From the NCBI GenBank assembly GCA_043827405.1, contig JBDRPD010000108.1, positions 57,617 to 121,616 on the forward strand: a stretch of DNA of 64,000 nt. The letters run 5' to 3'. Below, one piece after another: positions 36,660 through 45,291 of the stretch. Position numbers and translations under genes: made by a program. This DNA comes from Elusimicrobiota bacterium (GTDB lineage Bacteria; Elusimicrobiota; Elusimicrobia; UBA1565). Under the pieces are notes generated by a model. The model made no database searches. It had not been told where the DNA came from and saw nothing but the letters and a program-made list of their open reading frames with translations. Each line of letters starts with the position of its first letter. Position 1 is the stretch's first letter.

Positions 36660-37984
36660 TAGATAACCTTCGGAAACAGCACGCCGCCGAACGCCAGCCA
36701 TGCCATGAGCAGCGTGAGGATAATATTAAAGCTCTGGCCGACGATATAGAGGATAATCGGCTTGCCGCCCACCAGCTGCCCGGCCAGCTCCTTGAAGTTG
36801 GACTCCAGGCCGATCGAGACGAAGGCCAGACAGAAAAACCAGCCGCGGAAACGCTTGGACTGATTTAAAACCGCGCTTACGCCGTCGGCGCCCAGCAGCG
36901 GCAGCAGAACGAAGCTGAAGAGCACCGACGCCAGAACGAAGCCGACGATAAACTTCGGGAAACGGTACCAGACCTCCAATAGGCTCGGGCGCGGCGCCTG
37001 CGGATCATGCTCGACATTCGTTACCCAGAACACCGCGATGCAGAAGGCGACCAGGCCGATGAGGACATTCTGGATCATCTTGACCACGGCCGCGACCTTC
37101 TCGGCGTCCTCGCCCAGAAAGGCGCCGGCCGCGACCACGGCGCCCGTGGCGTCAATCGTCCCGCCGAGCCAAGCGCCGGCCACCGCCGCGTCGAGACCGA
37201 TAAACTTCGCCAACGCCGGCATGCCGATCATCATCAGCACCGTGAATATCATAGTCATGCCCACGGCGAGCGTCAGCTCGGCTTTCTTGGCGCGGCAGGC
37301 GGCGGCGGCGGCGATGGCGGCCGAAACGCCGCAGACGGAAGTGGCCGTCGCCACGATAATGGTCAGCCGCTTGGAAGTCATCTTAAGCCAGCGCGTACCG
37401 AAAAACCACATAAATATGATCACTATCGGGGTAACGACCCAGGCGACGAGAAGACCGGGAACGCCGAGCTTGAGGATCTTGGAGAACAAAATCTCGGCGC
37501 CCAGGCAGACGAGCCCCGTCTTGATGAACATCTCCGAGCGCGCGCCGCTGAGCAGCCAGCGCGGCGTGCCCACCGTATTGGAGATCAGCAGCCCGATGCC
37601 CAAAGCCCAGATCGCATAGCCCATGCCCCAGGCATTCATGGTCGCCTGATGCGCCAATAAATAAGACAGGCAGGCGAGGAGGAATATGGCGAAGAATCCG
37701 CCCAGATACTTCTTCCAATCCTCCCGCATGACGCGCATGCCGACGGCCGTGAAAGCTCCGAGCCCTGCGGCCAAGGCGGCGAGGGGAAGGAGGAGGCCGG
37801 CGGGGAACGCATCCAGCGGGTTGACCGACCACTTGCCGATCATGGGAACCTTGGTTACAAACCCGGCGAGAATGCATACGATCAGGCCCCCGGCGAACCA
37901 GATCGCCCACCAGTCCTCGGTCCGGTAAATCTCGCGCCAGCCCAGACGGACCGCGGTTACGGGAGAGTCCTTTTCTTCAGCCAT
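36659..37984 (-). CDS. YeiH family putative sulfate exporter
   Basis: EDWWAIW, FIKTGLV, TSVCGVSAAIA, WLGGTID..GAV.AAG, FPKFIVGF; multiple TMs. Confidence 0.88.
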   Translation of the reverse strand: MAEEKDSPVTAVRLGWREIYRTEDWWAIWFAGGLIVCILAGFVTKVPMIGKWSVNPLDAFPAGLLLPLAALAAGLGAFTAVGMRVMREDWKKYLGGFFAIFLLACLSYLLAHQATMNAWGMGYAIWALGIGLLISNTVGTPRWLLSGARSEMFIKTGLVCLGAEILFSKILKLGVPGLLVAWVVTPIVIIFMWFFGTRWLKMTSKRLTIIVATATSVCGVSAAIAAAAACRAKKAELTLAVGMTMIFTVLMMIGMPALAKFIGLDAAVAGAWLGGTIDATGAVVAAGAFLGEDAEKVAAVVKMIQNVLIGLVAFCIAVFWVTNVEHDPQAPRPSLLEVWYRFPKFIVGFVLASVLFSFVLLPLLGADGVSAVLNQSKRFRGWFFCLAFVSIGLESNFKELAGQLVGGKPIILYIVGQSFNIILTLLMAWLAFGGVLFPKVI

Positions 37985-38870
37985 TGGGCGCCCCCCCCTC
38001 TCCGGGGCCGAGCGTGCGCCACGAGTCGGGGTGCTTGAGGTTGAAATCGTCGACGCGCTGCCGGTAGTCGGGCTCAAAGCCCTCCCGGCGGATCGCCTGC
38101 ACCAGCTCGCCGAACTCGGCGGTGCTCTTCAGGTCGGTCGAGCCCGCCTTCTTCTTGACCGGATAGTCGGCCACCAGCTTGGCGCCGCGGCGGACGTTCG
38201 TGGTCCCTCGCGCATCGGAGTAGAACTGGGAGAGCACCAGCACCCGCGACCCGAGAAACACCGCTTCTTCGAGGTCGTGGGTGACGAAGAAGATCGTCAT
38301 CTTGAGCTCTTCCCACGTCTCCAGCAAGTGTACCTGCATATCCTCGCGCGTTCCGGGATCGAGCGCGCCGAAGGGCTCATCCATGAGCAGGATCTTCGGC
38401 TTCATGATCAGCGCCTGGGCGATCGCCACCCGCTGCTGCATGCCGCCGGAAAGCTCATGCGGATACTTGTTGTGGTCCGTGCCGAGGCGCATCTTGCGCA
38501 AGAGCTCCATCGCCTCCTCGGCGAAGCCGGCGCGCTGCTTCCGCCACGCGAAGAATCCCGCGTTCATCTTCTTGCCGAGCAGGACATTGTCGAGAACCGA
38601 GAGGTGCGGAAACAGCGAGTAGCGCTGGTAGACGATCCCGCGCAACGGATCGGGCGGCCCCACCGGCTGGCCGTCGATAAGAACACGCCCTGAGCTGGCC
38701 CACTCCGCGCCCAGGATCAAGCGCAGCAAAGTGGACTTGCCGCAGCCGCTGGGGCCGACGACGCTGCAGAACTCTCCATCGCTCACCGAAAGGTCGATAT
38801 CGTCGAGGATGAGCTTGGGCCCGTAGGACTTGTAGACGTCCTCCACATGCAGCAGCTTATCCGCGCTCAT
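37977..38870 (-). CDS. ABC transporter ATPase (TauB/SsuB type)
   Basis: GPSGCGKST, LSGGMQQR, LLMDEPFGALD, FVTHD. Confidence 0.93.
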   Translation of the reverse strand: MSADKLLHVEDVYKSYGPKLILDDIDLSVSDGEFCSVVGPSGCGKSTLLRLILGAEWASSGRVLIDGQPVGPPDPLRGIVYQRYSLFPHLSVLDNVLLGKKMNAGFFAWRKQRAGFAEEAMELLRKMRLGTDHNKYPHELSGGMQQRVAIAQALIMKPKILLMDEPFGALDPGTREDMQVHLLETWEELKMTIFFVTHDLEEAVFLGSRVLVLSQFYSDARGTTNVRRGAKLVADYPVKKKAGSTDLKSTAEFGELVQAIRREGFEPDYRQRVDDFNLKHPDSWRTLGPGEGGAPNG

Positions 38871-39694
38871 GAATCTTCCGCCGTATACCAGGGGTAAAGC
38901 CGGCGCGTGAGCAGCTGCAGGATGCGGTCGAGGCTGAAACCGAGAACCGTAATCCACAAGGCGTAGGGGATGATGACGTCCATCGCCAGGTAGCGGCGGA
39001 CCAGAAAGATGCGGTAGCCGAGGCCGTCCGCGGAGGCGATCGCCTCGGACGCGATGAGAAACAGCCAGGCCGCGCCCAAAGTCAGGCGCACCGCCTCCAG
39101 CAGCCGCGGCATGACCTGCGGCAGCACGATCCGGTAGACGACCTCGAGCTGCGACGCGCCCAAAGACAGCGCCTTAACGATCTGCTCCCGCGGGGTCTTT
39201 CTCACCGCCAGCATGATGTCGCGCGTGATGATGGGAAAGGTCCCGATGAATATCAGCACCACCTTGGACAGCTCATCGACGCCGAAGGTGATAAAGAGAA
39301 TAGGCAGGAGCGCCAAGGGCGGGATAATCGAGCCGAAGGTCACGCTCGGCTGCAGCAGGGCGTTGCAGCCCGGGAAGATCCCGAGGTTGAGGCCCAGAAA
39401 CAGCCCGACGACCGCTCCGCAGAAGACGCCGATCGCCAGCCGCCGCAGGCTCGACTTCGTATCCTGCAGCAGCACATAGGTTTCGGTCCGTTTGTCCAGC
39501 GTGAACGCCATCCGCTTGACGGCCCGGACCATCTTCTGCGGCGACGGCAGGAGCTTGTCCGCGGGGTTGTCCTTGAGCCGGAGATGGGAAGCTCCCAAGT
39601 AGACGCCCAGAACCAGAAGAAAAGGCAGCGCGCCCAACGCCCACCGATGCCAGCGGGCGGGGCGCGCGTGCAGTCCCCAGATCTTCGGGTTCAT
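38867..39694 (-). CDS. ABC transporter permease (TauC/SsuC type)
   Basis: IPPLALLPILF, KALSLGAS (EAA loop), GLGYRIFLVRRYLAMDVI. Confidence 0.92.
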   Translation of the reverse strand: MNPKIWGLHARPARWHRWALGALPFLLVLGVYLGASHLRLKDNPADKLLPSPQKMVRAVKRMAFTLDKRTETYVLLQDTKSSLRRLAIGVFCGAVVGLFLGLNLGIFPGCNALLQPSVTFGSIIPPLALLPILFITFGVDELSKVVLIFIGTFPIITRDIMLAVRKTPREQIVKALSLGASQLEVVYRIVLPQVMPRLLEAVRLTLGAAWLFLIASEAIASADGLGYRIFLVRRYLAMDVIIPYALWITVLGFSLDRILQLLTRRLYPWYTAEDS

Positions 39695-39715
39695 CAGCCT
39701 TCAGCCGGGCGACGG

Positions 39716-40780
39716 CTACTTCTTCAGCTTCCCGTCCGCCGCCAGCTGCATGTAGCTGGCGTCGAAGCGCAGCTTGACGTTGTCCTTGTCGCCCATGATG
39801 CTCTGGTCGGGGAACTGGATGCCGACCAGGTCCTTCGACGCCGCGCCTTCGCCGTAGAGGCCCTGATCGAACGAGAAGGTCCGCACGTACTCCATCGTAT
39901 TCTTCAAGTCCTTGCCCAGTGTGAACTTGGCGGCCTCCGCGGCCGTATAAAACATCTTCGTCGTCTTCAGCTGCGCCTTGAACTCGGCGAGCGTGCCGCC
40001 GGCAACCTTCGCCATATGCGTGAGCGCCGGGTTCTCCTTGCCGCGAGCGGACATGGCGGCCATGGTCTCATACCAGGCGCCGGTCAGCGCCTTCTTGAAG
40101 GCGTCGGACGCGTCGGTCTTGACCACCATCATGTCGATGATCTCTCCCGGGATCTTGGCCGAGTCGAACACCATCTTCACGCCTTTGCCGTTGCGCACCT
40201 GCATGAGAATAGGGTTCCAGGTGACCGCGATCCCTTCGGGGTCGGAGAGGAATACCGCGCCGATGTCGGCGTCGCTGGTATTGACCAGCTTAATATCCTT
40301 CTCCTTCATCTTGTTCATGGCGAGGGCGCGGCTGAGCAGGTAATGCGAAACAGAGAACTGCACCAGCTTGACCGTGCGGCCCTTGAGGGCCTTAACGCTC
40401 TCCCCCTTCCGGACGACGATGCCGTCGTTGCCGTTGGAGAAGTCGCCGACGATCAGCGCCGTCGAATCCACCCCGCCCACAGCCGGGATCGTCAGCGCAT
40501 CCATATTGGTCATGGTGCAGGCATCGAATTTTCCCGAGGTGTAGAGGTTGATCGACTCGACATAGTCGTTAACCAGGGTAATACTGATCTTGATGCCGTA
40601 CTTCTTGGCCCACTTCTCAAGTATCCCGGAATGCTCGGCGTAGGCCCAGGGCTCCCAGCCCGTATAGTGCGACCAGGCGACGGCGAACTCTTTCTTGTCC
40701 GCCGCCCCGGCGGCGGCCGGCGACTGGAGGTACAGCCCGGCGACGGCCAGCGCCAAAAACAATCTCATCAGTTTCTTCAT
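39716..40780 (-). CDS. ABC substrate-binding protein, putative urea/guanidine-carboxylase-region type
   Basis: AWSHYTGWEPW, NDYVESINLYT, MTNMDAL, GDFSNGNDG, SVSHYLL, IPGEIID, KLRFDASYM. Confidence 0.85.
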   Translation of the reverse strand: MKKLMRLFLALAVAGLYLQSPAAAGAADKKEFAVAWSHYTGWEPWAYAEHSGILEKWAKKYGIKISITLVNDYVESINLYTSGKFDACTMTNMDALTIPAVGGVDSTALIVGDFSNGNDGIVVRKGESVKALKGRTVKLVQFSVSHYLLSRALAMNKMKEKDIKLVNTSDADIGAVFLSDPEGIAVTWNPILMQVRNGKGVKMVFDSAKIPGEIIDMMVVKTDASDAFKKALTGAWYETMAAMSARGKENPALTHMAKVAGGTLAEFKAQLKTTKMFYTAAEAAKFTLGKDLKNTMEYVRTFSFDQGLYGEGAASKDLVGIQFPDQSIMGDKDNVKLRFDASYMQLAADGKLKK

Positions 40781-40800
40781 CTCGGATCTCCTTTGCCTGT

Positions 40801-41979
40801 CTATTCGATCTCGATCGGTATGACCTGGGAGGTCTTGGCGGCCTCCTCCTTCTTCTTGATCGCCTCGCCCGCCTCCGCGGTCAAGGCTTCCATCTCTTCG
40901 ATGTTCTTGGCCATGGCCGGCAGCGCATTGGAACGGAAGGTCGCGATATCCTCCATGGCGTCGCGGATGTCCGAGAAGGCGGTTCGCAGCGCATCGATGT
41001 CGAGCTGGGTCGAGGAAGCCATCTTGTGGATCTCCGGTCCCTGCTCCTTGAGCCGCGCCGCCGTCTTGGCGATCAGGTCGGATGTCGTCGCGCTCAGCGC
41101 CTGCACCTTCTCCAGGACGATCTTCTGATCGGCCAGGGCCAGCGCCACGGTGACCGCCACCTGCAGGGCGTTGATGGTGACCTGGAGCGCCCGGTTGACG
41201 CCGCGAATGAGCTCCTTGTTGTTGCGGATGATGATCTCCATCGCCAGGACGCCCTGCTGGTTGACCGCCAGCTGCTGTTGCAGGTCGACGATGCGCTGGC
41301 GCAGCGGGAACAGCAGCTCCTCCTTGATGAACCTGCTGCGCGGGTCCTCCTGCGGAATCTCGTTTTCGACCTTGTCGCTCAGCTTCTTGTCGATGAGCTG
41401 CGCCAGGTTGATGGCCTTGATGAGCTTCTTGGTGATCTCGCGCATCCGGACCTGATCGTCCTTGAGCGTGATATTGTCGCGCTTGAGCTGCTCGCGGCCC
41501 TGCTCCAGGGATTCGATAATGGAGTTGATGACGGTCTGCGCGCTCTCATAGCGCGAGAAGTAGCGCTTGAGCGGCGTGCCGACCCCGGGCAGATAGCCGA
41601 GCATGCGGGTGGCCCAGCCGGCGTCAAAGTCGAAGCGGGCGGGATCGAGCTCCTCGACCTGGATGCGCAGGTCGATGAGGGACTTGGCCACATCGCTGCC
41701 CTCCTCGCTGCGGAAGGACATCTTCTTGACCGGCTCTTTGAGCTTCTCGCTCTGCTCCGCCGCCCGCTTCTGCAGCTCGACCCCGATATTCTCGACCGAG
41801 GCCTTGCTCTGCTCGCGCGCCTTGATATCGTCGCCCTTGAGGTCGAGCAGCATGCCGACGACCTCGCTGGCCTTCTTGTCCAGCTGGGGATCGACCTCCT
41901 TCTCGACGGCGACATCTTTGGGCTCGACGAGACCGAGATCTTTCTTTACTTCTTCTTTATTGACAGTGGCTAGACTCAC
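40801..41979 (-). CDS. telA: Toxic anion resistance protein TelA/KlaA family
   Basis: LIDLRIQVEELDP, RYFSRYESAQ, LRQRIVDLQQQLAVNQQG, NNKELIRGV; GTG start with GGAGG SD. Confidence 0.88.
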   Translation of the reverse strand: MSLATVNKEEVKKDLGLVEPKDVAVEKEVDPQLDKKASEVVGMLLDLKGDDIKAREQSKASVENIGVELQKRAAEQSEKLKEPVKKMSFRSEEGSDVAKSLIDLRIQVEELDPARFDFDAGWATRMLGYLPGVGTPLKRYFSRYESAQTVINSIIESLEQGREQLKRDNITLKDDQVRMREITKKLIKAINLAQLIDKKLSDKVENEIPQEDPRSRFIKEELLFPLRQRIVDLQQQLAVNQQGVLAMEIIIRNNKELIRGVNRALQVTINALQVAVTVALALADQKIVLEKVQALSATTSDLIAKTAARLKEQGPEIHKMASSTQLDIDALRTAFSDIRDAMEDIATFRSNALPAMAKNIEEMEALTAEAGEAIKKKEEAAKTSQVIPIEIE

Positions 41980-42001
41980 GAGATTCTCCTCCGCCCGGGC
42001 C

Positions 42002-42050
42002 CTTAAGCCTGTCCGGCCCGCTGACGGCACAATTATACTTACTTAAGCCT
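42002..42050 (-). promoter_or_regulatory. Internal promoter for telA: TATAAT -10 flanked by CTTAAGCCT direct repeats
   Basis: ATTATA at 42032-42037; CTTAAGCCT at 42002-42010 and 42042-42050. Confidence 0.5.
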
Positions 42051-42059
42051 AAAGCTTTC

Positions 42060-42884
42060 TCAGCCGGAGTAGTGCTGCACCCGCTGGGCCAAATCTTCCA
42101 TCTCGGCGATCGCGCCGTCGAGGTCCTTGGATGCCCGCCCGCGCACGATCTTGGCCTCGGCGAGAGCGGCGTTGAGCTTGTCCATCTGCGTGATCGCCAC
42201 TTCGTTCTGCGTCAGCAAAGCGTTCACCTTGTCCAGCTGCCCGCGCAGCAGCTTCTCGCGCTCTTCCAGGGTCAGCATCTCCTCACGGTCGGCCTCTTGC
42301 GGCTCCGCCAGCGCCGTCAGCGCCTGCTTGCGGGAGGCGATGTACTTGGCGTCGATCGCGCTGGCGCTCTGCAGAATGGAAAGCGTCAAATTGAGGTTGT
42401 CGAGCACCGAGAGGTAGACCTGCTCCGCCGCCCCCAGATAGCGGCCGTAGGTCAGCTCGCCCGGATTGAGCTTCTGCTGCAAGGTCCGGCGCGCGGTCTC
42501 GAAGCGCTGCGGCGCCTTGACGAACTGCTTGGCCGCCTGGTCGGCGAAGGCGCGGGCATCCCCCTTGCTCCGGGACCTGAGCTTTTTAAACGACAGCTCA
42601 AGCTCGGCGATGATCATATGGCGGCGCTTTTCCATCTCCGCGTAAAGCTGCTGCACGTGCCGGTCGGCGAGCGTGTCGCCGCGCATATAGAAGTTCACCA
42701 GCCAGCTGCCGACGCCCACGCCGAAGCCGCCGAGCGCGGCGGCGACGGGGATCGTCGCCGGACCGAACAGGCCGATCGCCAGCGTGCCCAGGATGCCCAC
42801 CCCGGTGGAATACATGGTCAGCGGATTCTCGAGCGTGGTCTTCAGGACGGCTTTCTTGGCGGCGGCCTTCGAGAAATCCGGCAT
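42060..42884 (-). CDS. XpaC-like membrane/coiled-coil protein, TelA partner
   Basis: Two N-terminal TMs followed by a long helical region; lies immediately upstream of telA. Confidence 0.6.
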   Translation of the reverse strand: MPDFSKAAAKKAVLKTTLENPLTMYSTGVGILGTLAIGLFGPATIPVAAALGGFGVGVGSWLVNFYMRGDTLADRHVQQLYAEMEKRRHMIIAELELSFKKLRSRSKGDARAFADQAAKQFVKAPQRFETARRTLQQKLNPGELTYGRYLGAAEQVYLSVLDNLNLTLSILQSASAIDAKYIASRKQALTALAEPQEADREEMLTLEEREKLLRGQLDKVNALLTQNEVAITQMDKLNAALAEAKIVRGRASKDLDGAIAEMEDLAQRVQHYSG

Positions 42885-44443
42885 CAAAGACTCTCCGCCA
42901 CCAAATAGAGCTCGACGCGGGGCAGCCGGTAGTTGAAGGCGCGGCTCGATTCGCCGGGCTTGCGCGGCAGCGGCGCCGACGAGCCCAGGCCGAGCGCCCG
43001 CAGGCGGTCGTCGTCGATGTCATGCGTTATCGTCAGGTAGCGCTGCACCGACTTCGCCCGCTCCTCCGAGAGCAGCCGGTTCTGGCCGCTATCGCCCTTG
43101 ATCCCCGTATGCCCTTTGAGGACCACCCGGAAATTCGGATAGTGCCGCAGATGGGACGCCGCCTTATCCAGCTCCGCCTTGCCGTCCTGGTCCAGGTCCG
43201 AGGTACCGCTCTGAAAGGTGATCGGCAGGATCTTCAGCGTGCCGACCTCGCGCAGGCGATTCCAGGCCGCCGGCTGGAGCGGCGCGAAATCCTTCTTCAA
43301 GGAGGACGAATCCGCGGGCGCGGCGGCGCCGAACTGACCGGAAACGCCGGTCTTGAACAAATCCTCAATGAAGGAACGATTCTGCAGCTGATAGGGATCT
43401 CCCTGCGGGACGGGCGTGGCGGCGAAATCGCCGTTCTCGACCAGTATCTGCACGGTGGACTCGATCGTATCGACCAGGCCTTCGTCGGCGAGGCCGGAAC
43501 CGGTCCCGATGCCGAACCAGGTCGCGGCGTTGTCGTAGAGCGTGGCCCAGGCCACGCCCTTGAGCATCGCGTCCACCTGGTCGGTCTTGAGCTTGGCCGA
43601 CAGGATCAGCTCCTTTCGCAGCAGCTCGGGATCATCGCGATAGGTCTTGAGCGTACGGAAATAGTTGGCCAGCAGGACCTTGACCGCTTCGGGCTTGTTG
43701 ACCAGAAAATCCCGGTTGACCAGCAGGATGTCGACGATCAGCCGCCGGGTGTTTTCCGTGCCCAGGAGCTTTATCATGTCCTTGCGCGCCGTCGCCCGCG
43801 ACACGTCGGGCTCCCACAGCACCGCCGCGTCGGCCTTGGCCGCGCGCAGCATCTCGAGCGCTTCCGACGAACCCCGGGACTCCACCCGCCAGGCGCCGCG
43901 CTTGTCGCGCAGCAGCGGGATGTCGAAATGCACGGCCACCGACTTCAGCAGATGCTCGCTGGGCGAGTTCGGCGTGAAGGCGATGCGCAGGCCCTTGACG
44001 TTCTTGAGATCGTCGATGCTCTTGACCTTGCGCTGATTGGCCACGATCGCATCGCCGCCCTTGGACTCGTCGATGACGGCCACGATAGCGCCCGGGAAGG
44101 ACTCGGGAGCGCCGTTGATGAGAAACGAATCGACGGTCGCCACGGCGAAGTCGAGCTCCTTGCGGGCCAGCTTCTTCATCCGCCCCGGATAGTCGGCCTC
44201 ATCGTCGACGCACTGCAGGAGGTATTTGGCGCCCCGCATGCGTTTTTTCATCTCCGGGCTGCACAGCGGGAAGTACCCTACCCAGTTGTCGACGCCGACC
44301 GTGATCGTTCCCTTCATCCCCTTGGCGTCGGAGGTAGCGCGCAGGCGCTTGGCGTCCAGGCGGGGCTTGAGGAATTTGAGCGCCAGCAGCCCCCCCGTTC
44401 CCAGGACGAGAAAGGCCGCGAAGAAGGCGATCTTCTTATTCAC
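42884..44443 (-). CDS. Membrane-anchored NMT1/SsuA-like SBP fused to OmpA-like peptidoglycan-binding domain
   Basis: DNWVGY, DESKGGDAIV, AVLWEPD; C-terminal ITFQSGTSDL, GHT, NRLLSEERA, RVEL. Confidence 0.85.
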   Translation of the reverse strand: MNKKIAFFAAFLVLGTGGLLALKFLKPRLDAKRLRATSDAKGMKGTITVGVDNWVGYFPLCSPEMKKRMRGAKYLLQCVDDEADYPGRMKKLARKELDFAVATVDSFLINGAPESFPGAIVAVIDESKGGDAIVANQRKVKSIDDLKNVKGLRIAFTPNSPSEHLLKSVAVHFDIPLLRDKRGAWRVESRGSSEALEMLRAAKADAAVLWEPDVSRATARKDMIKLLGTENTRRLIVDILLVNRDFLVNKPEAVKVLLANYFRTLKTYRDDPELLRKELILSAKLKTDQVDAMLKGVAWATLYDNAATWFGIGTGSGLADEGLVDTIESTVQILVENGDFAATPVPQGDPYQLQNRSFIEDLFKTGVSGQFGAAAPADSSSLKKDFAPLQPAAWNRLREVGTLKILPITFQSGTSDLDQDGKAELDKAASHLRHYPNFRVVLKGHTGIKGDSGQNRLLSEERAKSVQRYLTITHDIDDDRLRALGLGSSAPLPRKPGESSRAFNYRLPRVELYLVAESL

Positions 44444-44456
44444 CGGATTCGAACTC

Positions 44457-45281
44457 TCAATTCTTAAAGCCGCTCACGTCGAACGATTCCGACTCCGCCA
44501 GCACCGCGCTCAAGCCCGCCTTCAGCTCGCCGGGATTGGCGGCGGCCTTGTACAGGGTCTGTCCCGGCTGATTGAGCGAATGCTGCTCCCCGATACAGAA
44601 GCCGATCGTATGCAGGACCACCGGCGACCGGCCCAGCAGTTCGGCCACGACCCGGGCGGGGTCCTCATTGAGCGAAGCCTCGCCGTCGGTCACGACCACC
44701 AGGTGGTACTCGCCGTAGCCGAGCTGCCGCCGCGCCTGCTCCTCGAGCTTGGCGACGCCGATATCGATCGCGGTCTTCAGCGGCGTCCCGCCGCTGGCAT
44801 TCACTTGTTTGACCGCGGCGATGAAGCGGTCGCGGTTGCCAGTGCCCAGCGGCACGCGCTCATTGTTCCCGTTGCGGTCAAAGACCAGCAGTCCCAGCTG
44901 CGCGTCGCGGGGGACCACCTGCGAGAACTCCGTCAGCGCCCGCTTGGCTGCCCGCATCTTGTTGGTATCGCCGGAGCACTTCGTATCCTGCATGCTCCCC
45001 GAACCGTCCAGGATGACGTAGTAATTTCGCAGCGTCAAATCCTCGGCCAATACCGGCGCGGCGCCGTCCGGCGCCGCCCGCGGCCAGTCGAAGGGGGCCA
45101 GCCCCTGCGGCGCCGGCGCCGGCTTGGCGACCGGCGGCGCGCCCCTTGGCGGCGTCACCTTCTTGCTGCCCGATGTTCGAAAGAGCATGATAGCGGCGAT
45201 CACGACCGCGATCCAGAACCAGACATTCCCGCTTCCGGACTTCTTCGTGCGGCCCCGCGACGGCGTTCTTTTCTGTGCCAT
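44457..45281 (-). CDS. Membrane-anchored von Willebrand factor A domain protein
   Basis: TM; MIDAS DGSGS, GGTPL, VVVTDGEA, HTIGF. Confidence 0.9.
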   Translation of the reverse strand: MAQKRTPSRGRTKKSGSGNVWFWIAVVIAAIMLFRTSGSKKVTPPRGAPPVAKPAPAPQGLAPFDWPRAAPDGAAPVLAEDLTLRNYYVILDGSGSMQDTKCSGDTNKMRAAKRALTEFSQVVPRDAQLGLLVFDRNGNNERVPLGTGNRDRFIAAVKQVNASGGTPLKTAIDIGVAKLEEQARRQLGYGEYHLVVVTDGEASLNEDPARVVAELLGRSPVVLHTIGFCIGEQHSLNQPGQTLYKAAANPGELKAGLSAVLAESESFDVSGFKN

Positions 45282-45291
45282 GATCCCGACC

